Below, piece by piece: positions 36,700-46,845 of a DNA stretch of 64,000 nt. The notes under the pieces are model-generated. The model ran no database searches. It was not told the origin of the DNA and saw only the letters and a program-made list of their open reading frames with translations. Source of the stretch: a virus. Lineage: Duplodnaviria; Caudoviricetes. Numbering within the stretch: the first letter of the stretch is position 1; each line of letters opens with the position of its first letter. The position numbers and the translations under genes were made by a program. The stretch covers positions 6,511 to 70,510 of the IMG/VR virus record IMGVR_UViG_3300012031_000010. One strand, written 5' to 3'.

Positions 36700-36925
36700 A
36701 TAAATCATGAGAGTGAATTTACAACATAATATACGGATATGGTAATGGATAAAATATTAATGGATAAATTTTTAGAAGTAACAAGTGAATATAATATAAT
36801 TAATAAATCTATTTCAGTAGGTGGATTGGACACTGATTTACTTGCTGAAAAGGCAATGATTGTGGGTAAAATGGAAATGTTGGAGTGGATTATAACTACC
36901 ATACGTGAAAACTAAAAAAGTATAA

Positions 36926-37147
36926 ATGATGATGAAAAATGAACACAAAGAAATAATCGATAAGATTACGGAGTACTTTAATCGTACTGAATGTAATGAT
37001 TTAAGATTCTGGCAAGGTTTACGTAACATGGATATTATTAGATATGAAGAAACCTATAGACATCCAAACCCGATACATAACACCTTTAATCCTGTCGATG
37101 ATTATAATATATCAGATGAACGACTACTAAAAAGGATAAAACTTTAA
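36926..37147 (+). CDS. Hypothetical protein
   Basis: DLRFWQGLRN motif. Confidence 0.65.
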   Translation: MMMKNEHKEIIDKITEYFNRTECNDLRFWQGLRNMDIIRYEETYRHPNPIHNTFNPVDDYNISDERLLKRIKL

Positions 37148-37208
37148 TACTTTTTATTTGGAATTATGAATACTTATTCGTATATTACAAAGTAATATTA
37201 ATTGAGAG

Positions 37209-37694
37209 ATGATGACAGAAAAGAAAATAATTTATGTTGATATGGATGGTGTTCTTGTGGATTTTGGGAAATCTATAAACGAAACCAAAAGTAGATCAGA
37301 TTATGTTTATTTAACTAAACATGAAACACATCCTGATTTAATTCCAAATATTTTCATTAACGCATCTCCAATTAAAGGTTCTATCGAATCAATTCGAAAA
37401 TTAGAACAAAGTGGAAAATACGAAATGTTTATAGCAACTACTTCCCCATGGGATAATCCAACTGCACTGAACGAAAAGTTAAAATGGGTAAAGGATTGGA
37501 TTCCAAGTTTCGAAAAAAAAATGATTACTACTCATAGAAAAGATTTACTAATGGGTGATTACCTTATTGATGATAGAACTGAAAGGGGTGCTACAGAATT
37601 TAAAGGTGAACTTATTTCATTTGGGTGGAATTATAAAAATAAAAACTGGAACAAGTATCCTGATTGGGATTCTGTTCTAAAAAAACTTCTTTAA
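37209..37694 (+). CDS. 5'(3')-deoxyribonucleotidase (HAD superfamily)
   Basis: YVDMDGVLVDF, ATTSPW and KDLLMGDYLIDDR motifs. Confidence 0.9.
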   Translation: MMTEKKIIYVDMDGVLVDFGKSINETKSRSDYVYLTKHETHPDLIPNIFINASPIKGSIESIRKLEQSGKYEMFIATTSPWDNPTALNEKLKWVKDWIPSFEKKMITTHRKDLLMGDYLIDDRTERGATEFKGELISFGWNYKNKNWNKYPDWDSVLKKLL

Positions 37695-37703
37695 AAAAAA
37701 TAT

Positions 37704-38060
37704 ATGGATAGAATTTGGCGACCAATATCGATTCAGGATACACCGATAACAATAACTACATTTACAACACAGGGTTGGGAAAAAAACACAGAAACAGAAG
37801 ATGGTGAAGAATTTGTGTATTGGTCCTTACCACTGCCAAAGGATAATCCTGATGGGGATTCCGTGTGTCTGGTTTCATCCGCAGAGGATGATTGGGAAGA
37901 ACTTGGATTATCCAAAGGAAACTATCTAGTTACATTATATGATTATAATGGATTGGGTGAATGTGAAACGGAAGAAGAAATAGAAATATTATATAGGGCG
38001 TTAACATCACAGGATATTTATGAAGATACAAACTATAATTTATATCCAGATCAAGAATAG
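37704..38060 (+). CDS. Acidic hypothetical protein
   Basis: 118 aa ORF followed by a terminator. Confidence 0.7.
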   Translation: MDRIWRPISIQDTPITITTFTTQGWEKNTETEDGEEFVYWSLPLPKDNPDGDSVCLVSSAEDDWEELGLSKGNYLVTLYDYNGLGECETEEEIEILYRALTSQDIYEDTNYNLYPDQE

Positions 38061-38083
38061 ATTAGTATAGATGTTATAAAACT

Positions 38084-38108
38084 GGGGATCGTAAAAATCC
38101 CCTTTTTT
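38084..38108 (+). terminator. Intrinsic terminator
   Basis: GGGGAT/ATCCCC stem plus T-tract. Confidence 0.85.
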
Positions 38109-38150
38109 ATATATTATATATTTATATATGTACAAATAAAATACGCAATT

Positions 38151-38330
38151 ATGAAAGAGGGATACAAACAAAGAGCATATGATTACATTACTTCAATTGA
38201 AAGTAAAATCAACTTAGTTGATAAGATGGTAGATGGTGTGAAGAAATCAGACCCCAACGAAGCTAAGCAATACATCAAACAATCGCAGAAGGCATTACAG
38301 GATTTACGAGAAATCATAAGTATATCATAA
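38151..38330 (+). CDS. Small helical hypothetical protein (59 aa)
   Basis: MKEGYKQRAYDYI...IISIS after the ATATTTATA motif; not in the ORF track. Confidence 0.6.
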   Translation: MKEGYKQRAYDYITSIESKINLVDKMVDGVKKSDPNEAKQYIKQSQKALQDLREIISIS

Positions 38331-38331
38331 T

Positions 38332-39744
38332 ATGAAATTCAGAACTTTTTTACTAGGGTTCTCCGCGTTGTTCGTGGCAGGTAACGCCGCTTATTTTTCG
38401 ATAAGTGGGTTATCAAGTTTATTCGCGGGAGCAACACTTTCGGTGATGATAATGGCCAGTTCACTGGAACTGGCCAAACTTATTTCTGCTGGATTCCTAT
38501 ATAACTACTGGAACAAAATTAATAAATTTTTACGATTTTATCTCGTGGTGGGCACGGTAATCCTTATTCTGATAACATCCGCTGGCATCTATGGATTTCT
38601 TACATCCGCGTATCAGGTAACTGCGGATGAAATGAGTATAATAGATAAAAAAACTGAAATAATTCAGTTAAAGAAAAATAGATATATAGAACAACTTGCG
38701 AACTATAATACGGAAAAGAACCAACTAAACGAATCAATTGGTGAACTATCAAAGGGATTATCAAATAATGTAATTCAATATAAAGATAGGGAAACCGGGA
38801 AAATTATTACAACGACATCAAGTAGTACAAGAAATGTACTTCAGTCACAATTGGAAGAATCCAAGCTGCAACGTGATAAATTAACTCTAAAAGAAGATAC
38901 CTCACGTGATTCCATTACAAGTTTAGATATTCAGATTTTAGATTTAAAATCAAATAATAGTGTTGCAGCCGAGATAGGACCTCTTAGATATATCTCAAAT
39001 ATAACAGGAATAGAAATGGATTCCGTTGTAAATTGGTTCGCATTATTTATTGTTTTTGTATTCGATCCATTAGCAGTAACACTTGTTATCGCGTTCGCTA
39101 CTGCATTGAAAGTTGATAAGGGTGAGAAGGGGGAAAAGGTTATAATGGAAAATATTTACCAAGTATATGGAGATGATGGAAAAAATTTAACGAAAGATGA
39201 TAAATCGGATGTTATAGTGGAAAATCTTCCTTCATTTGAATGTTACGATATGCAGGGCCCAGTCCAGGCAATGCATGGGTGTGTGGAACAATGCAGTGAA
39301 TGTATGGAACGGGAAAATAATGTTTCATATCAAGAAAGTAAGGTCGAAACAGATAAATCAACTATGAATGATACTACAATCGGACGCGAATCGGAAGAAA
39401 AAACACCGGAAACGGAGGATCCATCGGATGGAACAATTCCTCCCAACGAAAAACTAAAAGAAGCATTCAAGAAATACAGGGATATTCCATTTGTGAGTAA
39501 TCCCGATGAAATGAACATATATAATCCCAAATGGATAGAGTATGATCAAGGTGGGTGGAATAATCGTTATAAAGAAAATGAATACTTCTACCATCCGTGG
39601 TTTGATTGGAAGAAGCCCCAAAGGTGGTTATATAATCAACGTGCAGTTGAATTTTGGTTAAAGTACAAAGGTGGAACACAATCACAACTACAGAAGTACC
39701 GAGATATGTATCCCGATAAAGATAATATGAAAATTTATTCATAA
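38332..39744 (+). CDS. Membrane protein with a coiled-coil region
   Basis: Three N-terminal TM helices, a coiled coil, a TM helix FIVFVFDPLAV, and an acidic tail. Confidence 0.8.
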   Translation: MKFRTFLLGFSALFVAGNAAYFSISGLSSLFAGATLSVMIMASSLELAKLISAGFLYNYWNKINKFLRFYLVVGTVILILITSAGIYGFLTSAYQVTADEMSIIDKKTEIIQLKKNRYIEQLANYNTEKNQLNESIGELSKGLSNNVIQYKDRETGKIITTTSSSTRNVLQSQLEESKLQRDKLTLKEDTSRDSITSLDIQILDLKSNNSVAAEIGPLRYISNITGIEMDSVVNWFALFIVFVFDPLAVTLVIAFATALKVDKGEKGEKVIMENIYQVYGDDGKNLTKDDKSDVIVENLPSFECYDMQGPVQAMHGCVEQCSECMERENNVSYQESKVETDKSTMNDTTIGRESEEKTPETEDPSDGTIPPNEKLKEAFKKYRDIPFVSNPDEMNIYNPKWIEYDQGGWNNRYKENEYFYHPWFDWKKPQRWLYNQRAVEFWLKYKGGTQSQLQKYRDMYPDKDNMKIYS

Positions 39745-39798
39745 AAACTTGTTTTATACGAATATATTTCGTATATTTGGTAAAACCTATAACATAAT

Positions 39799-40044
39799 AT
39801 GTCGGAGAAAGAAGAATATCAAATAAACGAAGGTCATTATTTGGAGGTAATGGATAGACTTCATGTAATTACTTCTAACATTGAATCCCATTTAGTAAAT
39901 CATATCCTAGTAAGTCGGTTAGGGGATACAGAACTTACGGAATTATTACATAAAACAGTAACATCGTTATACGATGCATATCAACGAGTAGGAATCTTAG
40001 ATATGGAACATAATCATAAAGAGGATGAAACAAATCTGGAGTAA
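39799..40044 (+). CDS. Hypothetical protein
   Basis: 81 aa ORF after a TATATTTG promoter. Confidence 0.65.
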   Translation: MSEKEEYQINEGHYLEVMDRLHVITSNIESHLVNHILVSRLGDTELTELLHKTVTSLYDAYQRVGILDMEHNHKEDETNLE

Positions 40045-40531
40045 CATAATATATTTCTTCAAAAGAAAATACTATCAAATAAATAGGGTAATAGATTTTA
40101 TTCCCATGATATGGAATGGATTTGATTTCGATTTCTCATATGCACTTGATTTATTCAAACATCAATTAAAACGACAAGCTGATTTCATGGAATCCGATCA
40201 TGCAAACACAATGTGTGCAAAAATAAACGCGTCGAAAATCCGTACTGCTATTAAATTAATCGATAAGGTATATGATTCAGAATATGGAGGTGAGTACCAA
40301 GATAAGATGAGAAAACTATACGGTGAGAACGTTTTAGATTTCGTATTTACGGATTGTGTGGATAATGACAAATATAGTACCTTGAATAGTGAATTTGAAT
40401 CTTGGGAAAATGCGGATGAAGTTGAGGAAATGCATACCAAATTATTTAAAGAATCACAGGAAAAACAAGAAAGAGCTCACAAATTATTATGGAATTATAT
40501 TGAACATAATATACAAAGATGGTGGGATTGA
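40025..40531 (+). CDS. Hypothetical protein
   Basis: 168 aa ORF ending WWD. Confidence 0.75.
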   Translation: MKQIWSNIIYFFKRKYYQINRVIDFIPMIWNGFDFDFSYALDLFKHQLKRQADFMESDHANTMCAKINASKIRTAIKLIDKVYDSEYGGEYQDKMRKLYGENVLDFVFTDCVDNDKYSTLNSEFESWENADEVEEMHTKLFKESQEKQERAHKLLWNYIEHNIQRWWD

Positions 40532-40737
40532 TGGATAAACCAGATATATGGGTCGTTTATAAAACTTCAGCACGTAAGAATGCAAAAACTCAATTAATTG
40601 TATTCAAAAATACCTTTGTAGATGATATTATCGATGATAAGAAAAGAAAACCACTTTTACCGAAGGGATCCGAGATACTTGATATTGGTGTAGGTAGTGG
40701 GTTTGATAAAAAATACAAAAAAAAGTATAAATTTTGA
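40519..40737 (+). CDS. Small basic hypothetical protein
   Basis: 72 aa ORF coupled to the helicase gene. Confidence 0.6.
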   Translation: MVGLMDKPDIWVVYKTSARKNAKTQLIVFKNTFVDDIIDDKKRKPLLPKGSEILDIGVGSGFDKKYKKKYKF

Positions 40738-42116
40738 AATTAAGAGAAAATCAGCTAGATCCAGTTGCAATAGGTCAGGAATTCTTCCGAACACCGAAGA
40801 TGGCACCATCTATAATCGTTGCACCAACTGCATTCGGTAAATCAATTGTCATCGCACATATAGCTAAAGGTATCGGTAAGAAAGTATTGGTACTACAACC
40901 ATCAAAGGAATTATTAGAACAGAACTATGGTAAGTTTGTTAACTTGGGTGGTACTGCATCTATTTATTCCGCATCAATGGGTGAAAAGGAAATCGGAAAT
41001 ATTACATATGCAACCCTTGGATCCATTATAAAAGTAACACAGGATTTAAGAAAACTAGGGTTTACAAAGGTAATCATAGACGAATGTGATCGGTATCCAA
41101 GAAAATCAGATGGTCTATTACGTCGGTTCATATCGGGCCTCAATGCAACACACGTACTTGGATTAACAGCAACACCATTGAAATTACAGACCAATATGGG
41201 TGATGATGGTCCGTACTCTAAATTAGTAATGTTAACGAATTATAGTAAAAAAGGAATGTTTTTCAAATATATCCTTTATGTTGCTCAAATTAAAGAAATG
41301 GTCGATTTGGGATTTTGGTCTAAGTTGGAATACCAATCCTATGATTTTGATAGTGGAACTTTAGTCTATAACTCGACTCGTGCGGATTGGACAAATTCCT
41401 CAATGGAACGTGCGTATGAGAAGCAGAACATCGAACAAAAGATAATAAAGAAAGTTAAGGAATTAGTGGATAGACGTGCAATATTAATTGCAGTTCCTAC
41501 GATAGCTCAAGCATTTGATTTAGCAGGGAAGATACCAAATTCTGCAGTTGTTCATGGGGGTACACCAACAAAAGAGAGAAATCGAATAATAAGTGAGTTT
41601 AAGGGTGGACGAATACGAGTAATTGTACAAGTAAACGTTTTAACAATTGGGTTTGATTATCCTGAATTGGATTGTTTGATTACAGGTAGACCAACATCAT
41701 CTATATCTTGGTGGTATCAATTCGTTGGTAGGGGTACTCGTATCCACAGTGGAAAGGATAATTGCTTAGTAGTGGATTTCGTCGGATCGGTTATTAGGTT
41801 CGGTAAGGTCGAAGATCTGTATTATGTGGATGATGGTAATGAAGAATGGAATTTATACGGGGAGGGTAATAAAAAAATAACTGGAGTGCCGATGCACGAA
41901 ATAGGATTACACCGTGAAGGTGGAATTGACCTTGGTACTAAAATTGTAGATGGTGATATAGAAAAAACATTTATTACATTTGGAAAATACAAAGGCAGTG
42001 AGGTGAAAAGTATACCAATACATTACAGGGAGTATATGTTGGCCAATTTTGAATGGTCGGAATGGAACATGAAAGTTAAAAATGAAATTTTAAGATTAAA
42101 ACAAATTCAGGGATAA
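40734..42116 (+). CDS. SF2 DEAD/DEAH-like helicase (RadD/YejH-like)
   Basis: APTAFGKS, DECD, GLTATP, VLTIGFDYP and QFVGRGTR motifs; C-terminal TFGKYKG module; TTG start. Confidence 0.92.
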   Translation: MKLRENQLDPVAIGQEFFRTPKMAPSIIVAPTAFGKSIVIAHIAKGIGKKVLVLQPSKELLEQNYGKFVNLGGTASIYSASMGEKEIGNITYATLGSIIKVTQDLRKLGFTKVIIDECDRYPRKSDGLLRRFISGLNATHVLGLTATPLKLQTNMGDDGPYSKLVMLTNYSKKGMFFKYILYVAQIKEMVDLGFWSKLEYQSYDFDSGTLVYNSTRADWTNSSMERAYEKQNIEQKIIKKVKELVDRRAILIAVPTIAQAFDLAGKIPNSAVVHGGTPTKERNRIISEFKGGRIRVIVQVNVLTIGFDYPELDCLITGRPTSSISWWYQFVGRGTRIHSGKDNCLVVDFVGSVIRFGKVEDLYYVDDGNEEWNLYGEGNKKITGVPMHEIGLHREGGIDLGTKIVDGDIEKTFITFGKYKGSEVKSIPIHYREYMLANFEWSEWNMKVKNEILRLKQIQG

Positions 42117-42328
42117 TGGGAATTCATTTTATATCAGTTATATTATTTTACATTTTATTAGGTACATTGTGGTCCGATTTCATGCAATTCATGATCAAAC
42201 GTACACTTATTTACAATACATGGTCGACCAGTAAGAAAATCGGTATCATAATAACATGGCCGATTTCATTCTTGGCATTCTTATGTGGATTAACGATACA
42301 AATCATAGAAACTATAAAAAGAAAATAA
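42116..42328 (+). CDS. Small membrane protein
   Basis: Two hydrophobic segments. Confidence 0.6.
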   Translation: MGIHFISVILFYILLGTLWSDFMQFMIKRTLIYNTWSTSKKIGIIITWPISFLAFLCGLTIQIIETIKRK

Positions 42329-42450
42329 TGAGAGAACTAGACACACAAAAAGTTTATAGAGAACTTTGGGAACTAAAGCAGAACCCCGTACCTACTATAG
42401 CACAAAAACTACGGATACAACATTTACAACAATTATTAGATATATAAATT

Positions 42451-43068
42451 ATGAAGTTACTAAAGGATGAAAATAAATTAAGAGTACCCGTTAATTCAAA
42501 GATATATACAACTGCCGAGGTGGATTATATTGGAGGCATCCTTAAACGAGAACTATCTTACAAAAAGGGATTTGGATTATCTGCTAATCAACTTGGAATG
42601 GATGAACGTATTTGTATAATAGATACAGGAGATACACCCATGATATTGGTAAATCCTAAAATAGTAGATCGTTCAAAGAAAACGGTGATGTACTTAGAAC
42701 AATGTTTATCCATAGAAAAATCAATGAAGAAACCAGTCAAAACTATCAGGCACGAATCTATTACGGTTGAGTGTGATAATCTTGGAACAATAGTTTTCTC
42801 ACCGGATAATAAAGATGGATGGGAGGATTCACATAAATTTTGGGATGATAAGGGATTATTGGAATGTGTATGTGCACAACATGAAATTGATCATTTGGAT
42901 GGAAAATTGATTACGGATGTCGATAGAAGATATTTGGAAACAGTTACCACCCCCAAAAAACCAGGAAGGAATGAGAGAGTCATGATTAAGATGCCCGATG
43001 GTAATACTGAATTTATGAAATATAAGAAGGCGATTCCCCTATTACAAATAGGATGTGAAATAATTTAA
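42451..43068 (+). CDS. def: Peptide deformylase
   Basis: GFGLSANQ, EQCLS (EGCLS-like) and HEIDH motifs. Confidence 0.92.
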   Translation: MKLLKDENKLRVPVNSKIYTTAEVDYIGGILKRELSYKKGFGLSANQLGMDERICIIDTGDTPMILVNPKIVDRSKKTVMYLEQCLSIEKSMKKPVKTIRHESITVECDNLGTIVFSPDNKDGWEDSHKFWDDKGLLECVCAQHEIDHLDGKLITDVDRRYLETVTTPKKPGRNERVMIKMPDGNTEFMKYKKAIPLLQIGCEII

Positions 43069-43077
43069 ATAATATAC

Positions 43078-43323
43078 ATGGATAACGAAGGTTTAATACA
43101 ACTACTGGAACACTTATCAAACGATAAGTTGGAACAAGGTATACTAATCAAAGTAATTATCGATATTTTAATCGATAAGGACGTGATATCACTTGATGAA
43201 TTCACTGAATATGTCGATGGGGTAAGTGTCGAAGTTAATGAAGATATAAAGGAAATAACAAAATCAATGGATGTAATTGAAAAACTCAATAAAACTTGGA
43301 CTGGAGGTGGCGGTGTTGCGTAA
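43078..43323 (+). CDS. Hypothetical protein
   Basis: 81 aa acidic ORF. Confidence 0.65.
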   Translation: MDNEGLIQLLEHLSNDKLEQGILIKVIIDILIDKDVISLDEFTEYVDGVSVEVNEDIKEITKSMDVIEKLNKTWTGGGGVA

Positions 43324-43403
43324 AATTTAACATGCTTTATTTGTTTATATTAAGAAGTTATCGTATATTTAATACAATATGTGGGGTAATAATATAAATA
43401 ATT

Positions 43404-43955
43404 ATGAAAAGATATACATCGATATTAGGGGTTACCTTGTTTTTTATAAACACATCGGTAATTTGTAATGAGACGAACAGAGAAACATTCGTGATAGAAC
43501 CCCACGTGGAATTACCAAAAGAAAAAACAAAATCTGAATTGGGGTTATTTCTAAATGATATAGGTCATTATGAAAGTAGTAATGATTATACTAAAGTAAA
43601 TACACTAGGGTATTTGGGGAAATACCAATTCGGAAAATCAACTCTTGAAACGTTGGGGTATGGTGAACTAACACAAGAACAATTTATTAATAATCCATCA
43701 TTACAGGATACTATAATGATTGAAAATCTTCGGTATAATAAACGAAGATTAAAGAAGTACTATAAACATTACGTGGGTAAAAAACGATGGGGGATTGAAA
43801 TAACGGAAAGTGGGATGTTGGCAGCGGCCCATTTGGCTGGTCAAGGTAACGTTAAAAGATATTTAATGTACGGTGAAGACCCATCCGATGAATACGGTAC
43901 TAATTTATCAAAGTATTTATCCACATTCAGTGGATATAAATTAAATTTAAAATAA
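43404..43955 (+). CDS. Lysozyme-like / lytic transglycosylase-like protein
   Basis: Hydrophobic N-terminus; YESSNDY..VNTLGYLGKYQFG and LAAAHLAG motifs. Confidence 0.7.
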   Translation: MKRYTSILGVTLFFINTSVICNETNRETFVIEPHVELPKEKTKSELGLFLNDIGHYESSNDYTKVNTLGYLGKYQFGKSTLETLGYGELTQEQFINNPSLQDTIMIENLRYNKRRLKKYYKHYVGKKRWGIEITESGMLAAAHLAGQGNVKRYLMYGEDPSDEYGTNLSKYLSTFSGYKLNLK

Positions 43956-43958
43956 CTA

Positions 43959-44228
43959 ATGGATATATACATTTATATTATATTGGGAATAAGTACATTC
44001 CTTAACATATTTTTAATCATCGGAGTCCGGAATCTAATAGCACAAACAGAGGATTTTGAAAACAGATTACAAACTTACAGAAATTATGTGAAAAATAAAA
44101 TCGGAAGTGCTAACAAAGCATTGAGAGATGCTGATATCAATGGTTCATTTGAATCGGATGATGAGGTCGGATCAGTTTTCGAGGATATGAAATCCATTAT
44201 TAATGAGGTAAATCAAACACCGTTTTAA
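43959..44228 (+). CDS. Membrane-anchored coiled-coil protein
   Basis: N-terminal TM helix. Confidence 0.65.
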   Translation: MDIYIYIILGISTFLNIFLIIGVRNLIAQTEDFENRLQTYRNYVKNKIGSANKALRDADINGSFESDDEVGSVFEDMKSIINEVNQTPF

Positions 44229-44232
44229 TACT

Positions 44233-44985
44233 ATGAATAAAGAAAAAGAAGAAATAAAAAAAATACCAAGGAAAAGAAAGAAAAAATCAAAAATGTATTT
44301 TGGGTTACCTGCACAAGAGGCAATCATAGAATATAACAATACTACGGATTTTAACGAGAGAAGTAAAATATATAGAGAACGTATAAAATATCCATTTGAA
44401 AAAATGGCAGAAAATGTGATGAACACGTTCAAGTTTTCATATTTTGATGTACCCAAGATTCAAGTACAACAGGAAGTTGTATCGTTCATGGTAGAGAAAC
44501 TTCATATGTACAAAGAGGGAAGAGGAAAAGCTTTTTCATATTTTACAATTGTAGCTAAGAACTATTTGATTCTGGAAAATAATGGAAATTATAAACGATG
44601 GAAACAGCAATCGTTATTATCGGAAATGCCTGCAATGTGGAATCCACAAAATAGCCATTACGAAGATGAGGTGGGGGATGAATTCAGGGAGTTCAAGGAT
44701 ATCATGTTAAAGTATTGGGATAAAAATTTAACAAGGGTTTTCACAAAACGTAGGGATATTGATATAGCGGATGCAATACTGGAATTATTCAGACGTTCGG
44801 AATTCATAGAAAATTTTAATAAAAAACATCTTTATTTATTGATACGTGAAATGACCAACTGCAAAACCCACTATATTACAAAGGTAGTAAATACAATGAA
44901 GGTCCATCAAAAGAAAATGTTGGATGAATATCTAGAGACAGGAGAATTTTCAATAAGTAATACTGAATTTTGGAGTGAATCTTAA
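44233..44985 (+). CDS. Phage sigma-factor-like protein (probable late sigma)
   Basis: Region-2-like EVVSFMVEKLHMYKEGRGKAFSYFTIVAKNYLI; lies immediately before the structural module. Confidence 0.65.
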   Translation: MNKEKEEIKKIPRKRKKKSKMYFGLPAQEAIIEYNNTTDFNERSKIYRERIKYPFEKMAENVMNTFKFSYFDVPKIQVQQEVVSFMVEKLHMYKEGRGKAFSYFTIVAKNYLILENNGNYKRWKQQSLLSEMPAMWNPQNSHYEDEVGDEFREFKDIMLKYWDKNLTRVFTKRRDIDIADAILELFRRSEFIENFNKKHLYLLIREMTNCKTHYITKVVNTMKVHQKKMLDEYLETGEFSISNTEFWSES

Positions 44986-45085
44986 ATGATACCATATTTA
45001 TATATGTAAGGTTGGTTCACAGGTAACACCGTAATTCCTAATTGGATGAGTATAAATCAATCGTAAATCAAAGAGATTGACACAT

Positions 45086-45111
45086 AAGCCCAACTTCGGT
45101 TGGGTTTTTTT
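45086..45111 (+). terminator. Intrinsic terminator with a UUCG tetraloop
   Basis: AAGCCCAAC-TTCG-GTTGGGTT plus T-tract. Confidence 0.9.
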
Positions 45112-45118
45112 ATTTACT

Positions 45119-45127
45119 ATATTTATA
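45119..45127 (+). promoter_or_regulatory. Putative late promoter ATATTTATA (representative copy)
   Basis: Copies at 10461, 13815, 31947, 38118, 44994, 48248, 55047, 60113 and 62202, most of them 3-45 nt before a gene start. Confidence 0.65.
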
Positions 45128-45149
45128 TAATGAACAAACACATTATATT

Positions 45150-45599
45150 ATGAGTGATATGGATTTCGAATTATTCCCGGGAAAAGACTTAGGGGGGTTG
45201 TTCAAAGATATTTACAAAAATCAACAAACCAAAAAAAGACGTATATCTGAATTAATATTTGATTTGAAAGATTCAATCCGTAAAACCAAGGCAGGGGGAA
45301 TGGATACAAACGATATAATGATGATATATCCCATTATACGGGATTTGGTGGATACATCGGTTAAAAACGATGATTCATTATTAAAAATGGCAACCATTGC
45401 ACAAAGAATAATAAATTCTACATCCAAATCAGAAGGTGATACGGGTTTTCTTTCCGAATCTGAAAAACAACAGTTACTAAAAGAAGTAGAGGGGTTGAGT
45501 GCGAGTGTATCAGACGAATCAGATTCAATTGTCAGTGATATAGAAGATGATATTGATAGGATAAAGAAAGAAATGATACGGGATGAACCAGAGGATTAA
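45150..45599 (+). CDS. Helical hypothetical protein at the start of the structural module
   Basis: 149 aa, after the late motif. Confidence 0.75.
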   Translation: MSDMDFELFPGKDLGGLFKDIYKNQQTKKRRISELIFDLKDSIRKTKAGGMDTNDIMMIYPIIRDLVDTSVKNDDSLLKMATIAQRIINSTSKSEGDTGFLSESEKQQLLKEVEGLSASVSDESDSIVSDIEDDIDRIKKEMIRDEPED

Positions 45600-46845
45600 T
45601 AATTCATTTAAGACAAGCAATACCAATAAACACGAATTTATACGTTCATCCAACGTGGGTATAGTTGTCGATGTTATCCTAAACGAGGATTCCAGTAATC
45701 TGCTCGATACCGATGATAGTGAAACCTTTTCATCTGGAAAAGATACATCCATCATAGGTTCATGTGTTATACGGGATTTATCAAATCAAACAAGTAGTGA
45801 ATCCGACCTTCCGATTATTGCACCATTGGATTCACTAAATCTAGATATTCCGTTGGTAGGTGAGACAGTAGAGTTGGTAAAGGTGGGAAATTCCGTGTAC
45901 TACCGTAGAATGGGATCACCCGTGATAAACAGGGGTAACTCCAAGCAGAATTTCAACAAACGTGTATTTCCAGAAACAGAAAAACCAAGGAACAATGCAA
46001 ATTCGTATAATAAAATATCACAGACTGGTATTGTAAATTCAAGTGATAGTACTAGTAGGGACACTATTATCGGTAAGTACTTTGATGATAATCAAATTAA
46101 CCGATTAAGACTATATGAGGGAGATAGAATTATACAGAGTAGATTTGGTCAATCTATTAGATTCAGTGGATATAATAATTCAGAAAATGTATTTGCACCC
46201 ACCATCTTAATTAGAAATAGACAAAATGATGTTTCTGTAAGTGAACTGGAATCCGGTGATATCGTGGAAGAAGATATTAACAGGGATGGTTCTAGTATAG
46301 TCATTTCTTCTGGACAATATAAAATACCATTTCAACCCGGAATAGTGGATGAGGGGGGCTCGAGTAATTTTGAAACAAAACCGGAGAATTTTGAAGGATA
46401 CCCATCGGAATTGGTGGGTAATGATCAGATATTAATAAATTCCGAGAGAATCATACTATCCGCAAAATCATCCGAAATGATTTTCTACTCAAAGGGTAAT
46501 TGGGGATTCATTTCCGATGGTAAAATGTCCATTGATAACGGAAAATCTGGTGCAAACCTGAATTTTAACGGTGATGTTCGCATAACTACAAATGATAACA
46601 ATACATTCATATTGGGTGGACAGGGAAATATATTTCTGAATACGGAGGAGAAAACCGAACCATTGGTGAGGGGTGAAACGTTAAAAACTCTATTAAGTGA
46701 AATGATAGATTTAATCGTACAACAAGTTTACCAGACTCCATCTGGACCAACATCAGTTGGTCCTACGAACCAAGGCGAGTTCAATAGATTGAAATCAAGA
46801 TTGGATACAATGTTATCCGAGTTAAACTTTACAGATCCACAGTAA
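45583..46845 (+). CDS. Baseplate hub/spike (gp5/gpV-like) protein
   Basis: OB-fold-like N-terminus (DIPLVGETV), YEGDRIIQSRFGQSIRFS, QILINSERIILSA and LVRGETLKTLL; neighbours baseplate genes. Confidence 0.65.
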   Translation: MNQRINNSFKTSNTNKHEFIRSSNVGIVVDVILNEDSSNLLDTDDSETFSSGKDTSIIGSCVIRDLSNQTSSESDLPIIAPLDSLNLDIPLVGETVELVKVGNSVYYRRMGSPVINRGNSKQNFNKRVFPETEKPRNNANSYNKISQTGIVNSSDSTSRDTIIGKYFDDNQINRLRLYEGDRIIQSRFGQSIRFSGYNNSENVFAPTILIRNRQNDVSVSELESGDIVEEDINRDGSSIVISSGQYKIPFQPGIVDEGGSSNFETKPENFEGYPSELVGNDQILINSERIILSAKSSEMIFYSKGNWGFISDGKMSIDNGKSGANLNFNGDVRITTNDNNTFILGGQGNIFLNTEEKTEPLVRGETLKTLLSEMIDLIVQQVYQTPSGPTSVGPTNQGEFNRLKSRLDTMLSELNFTDPQ

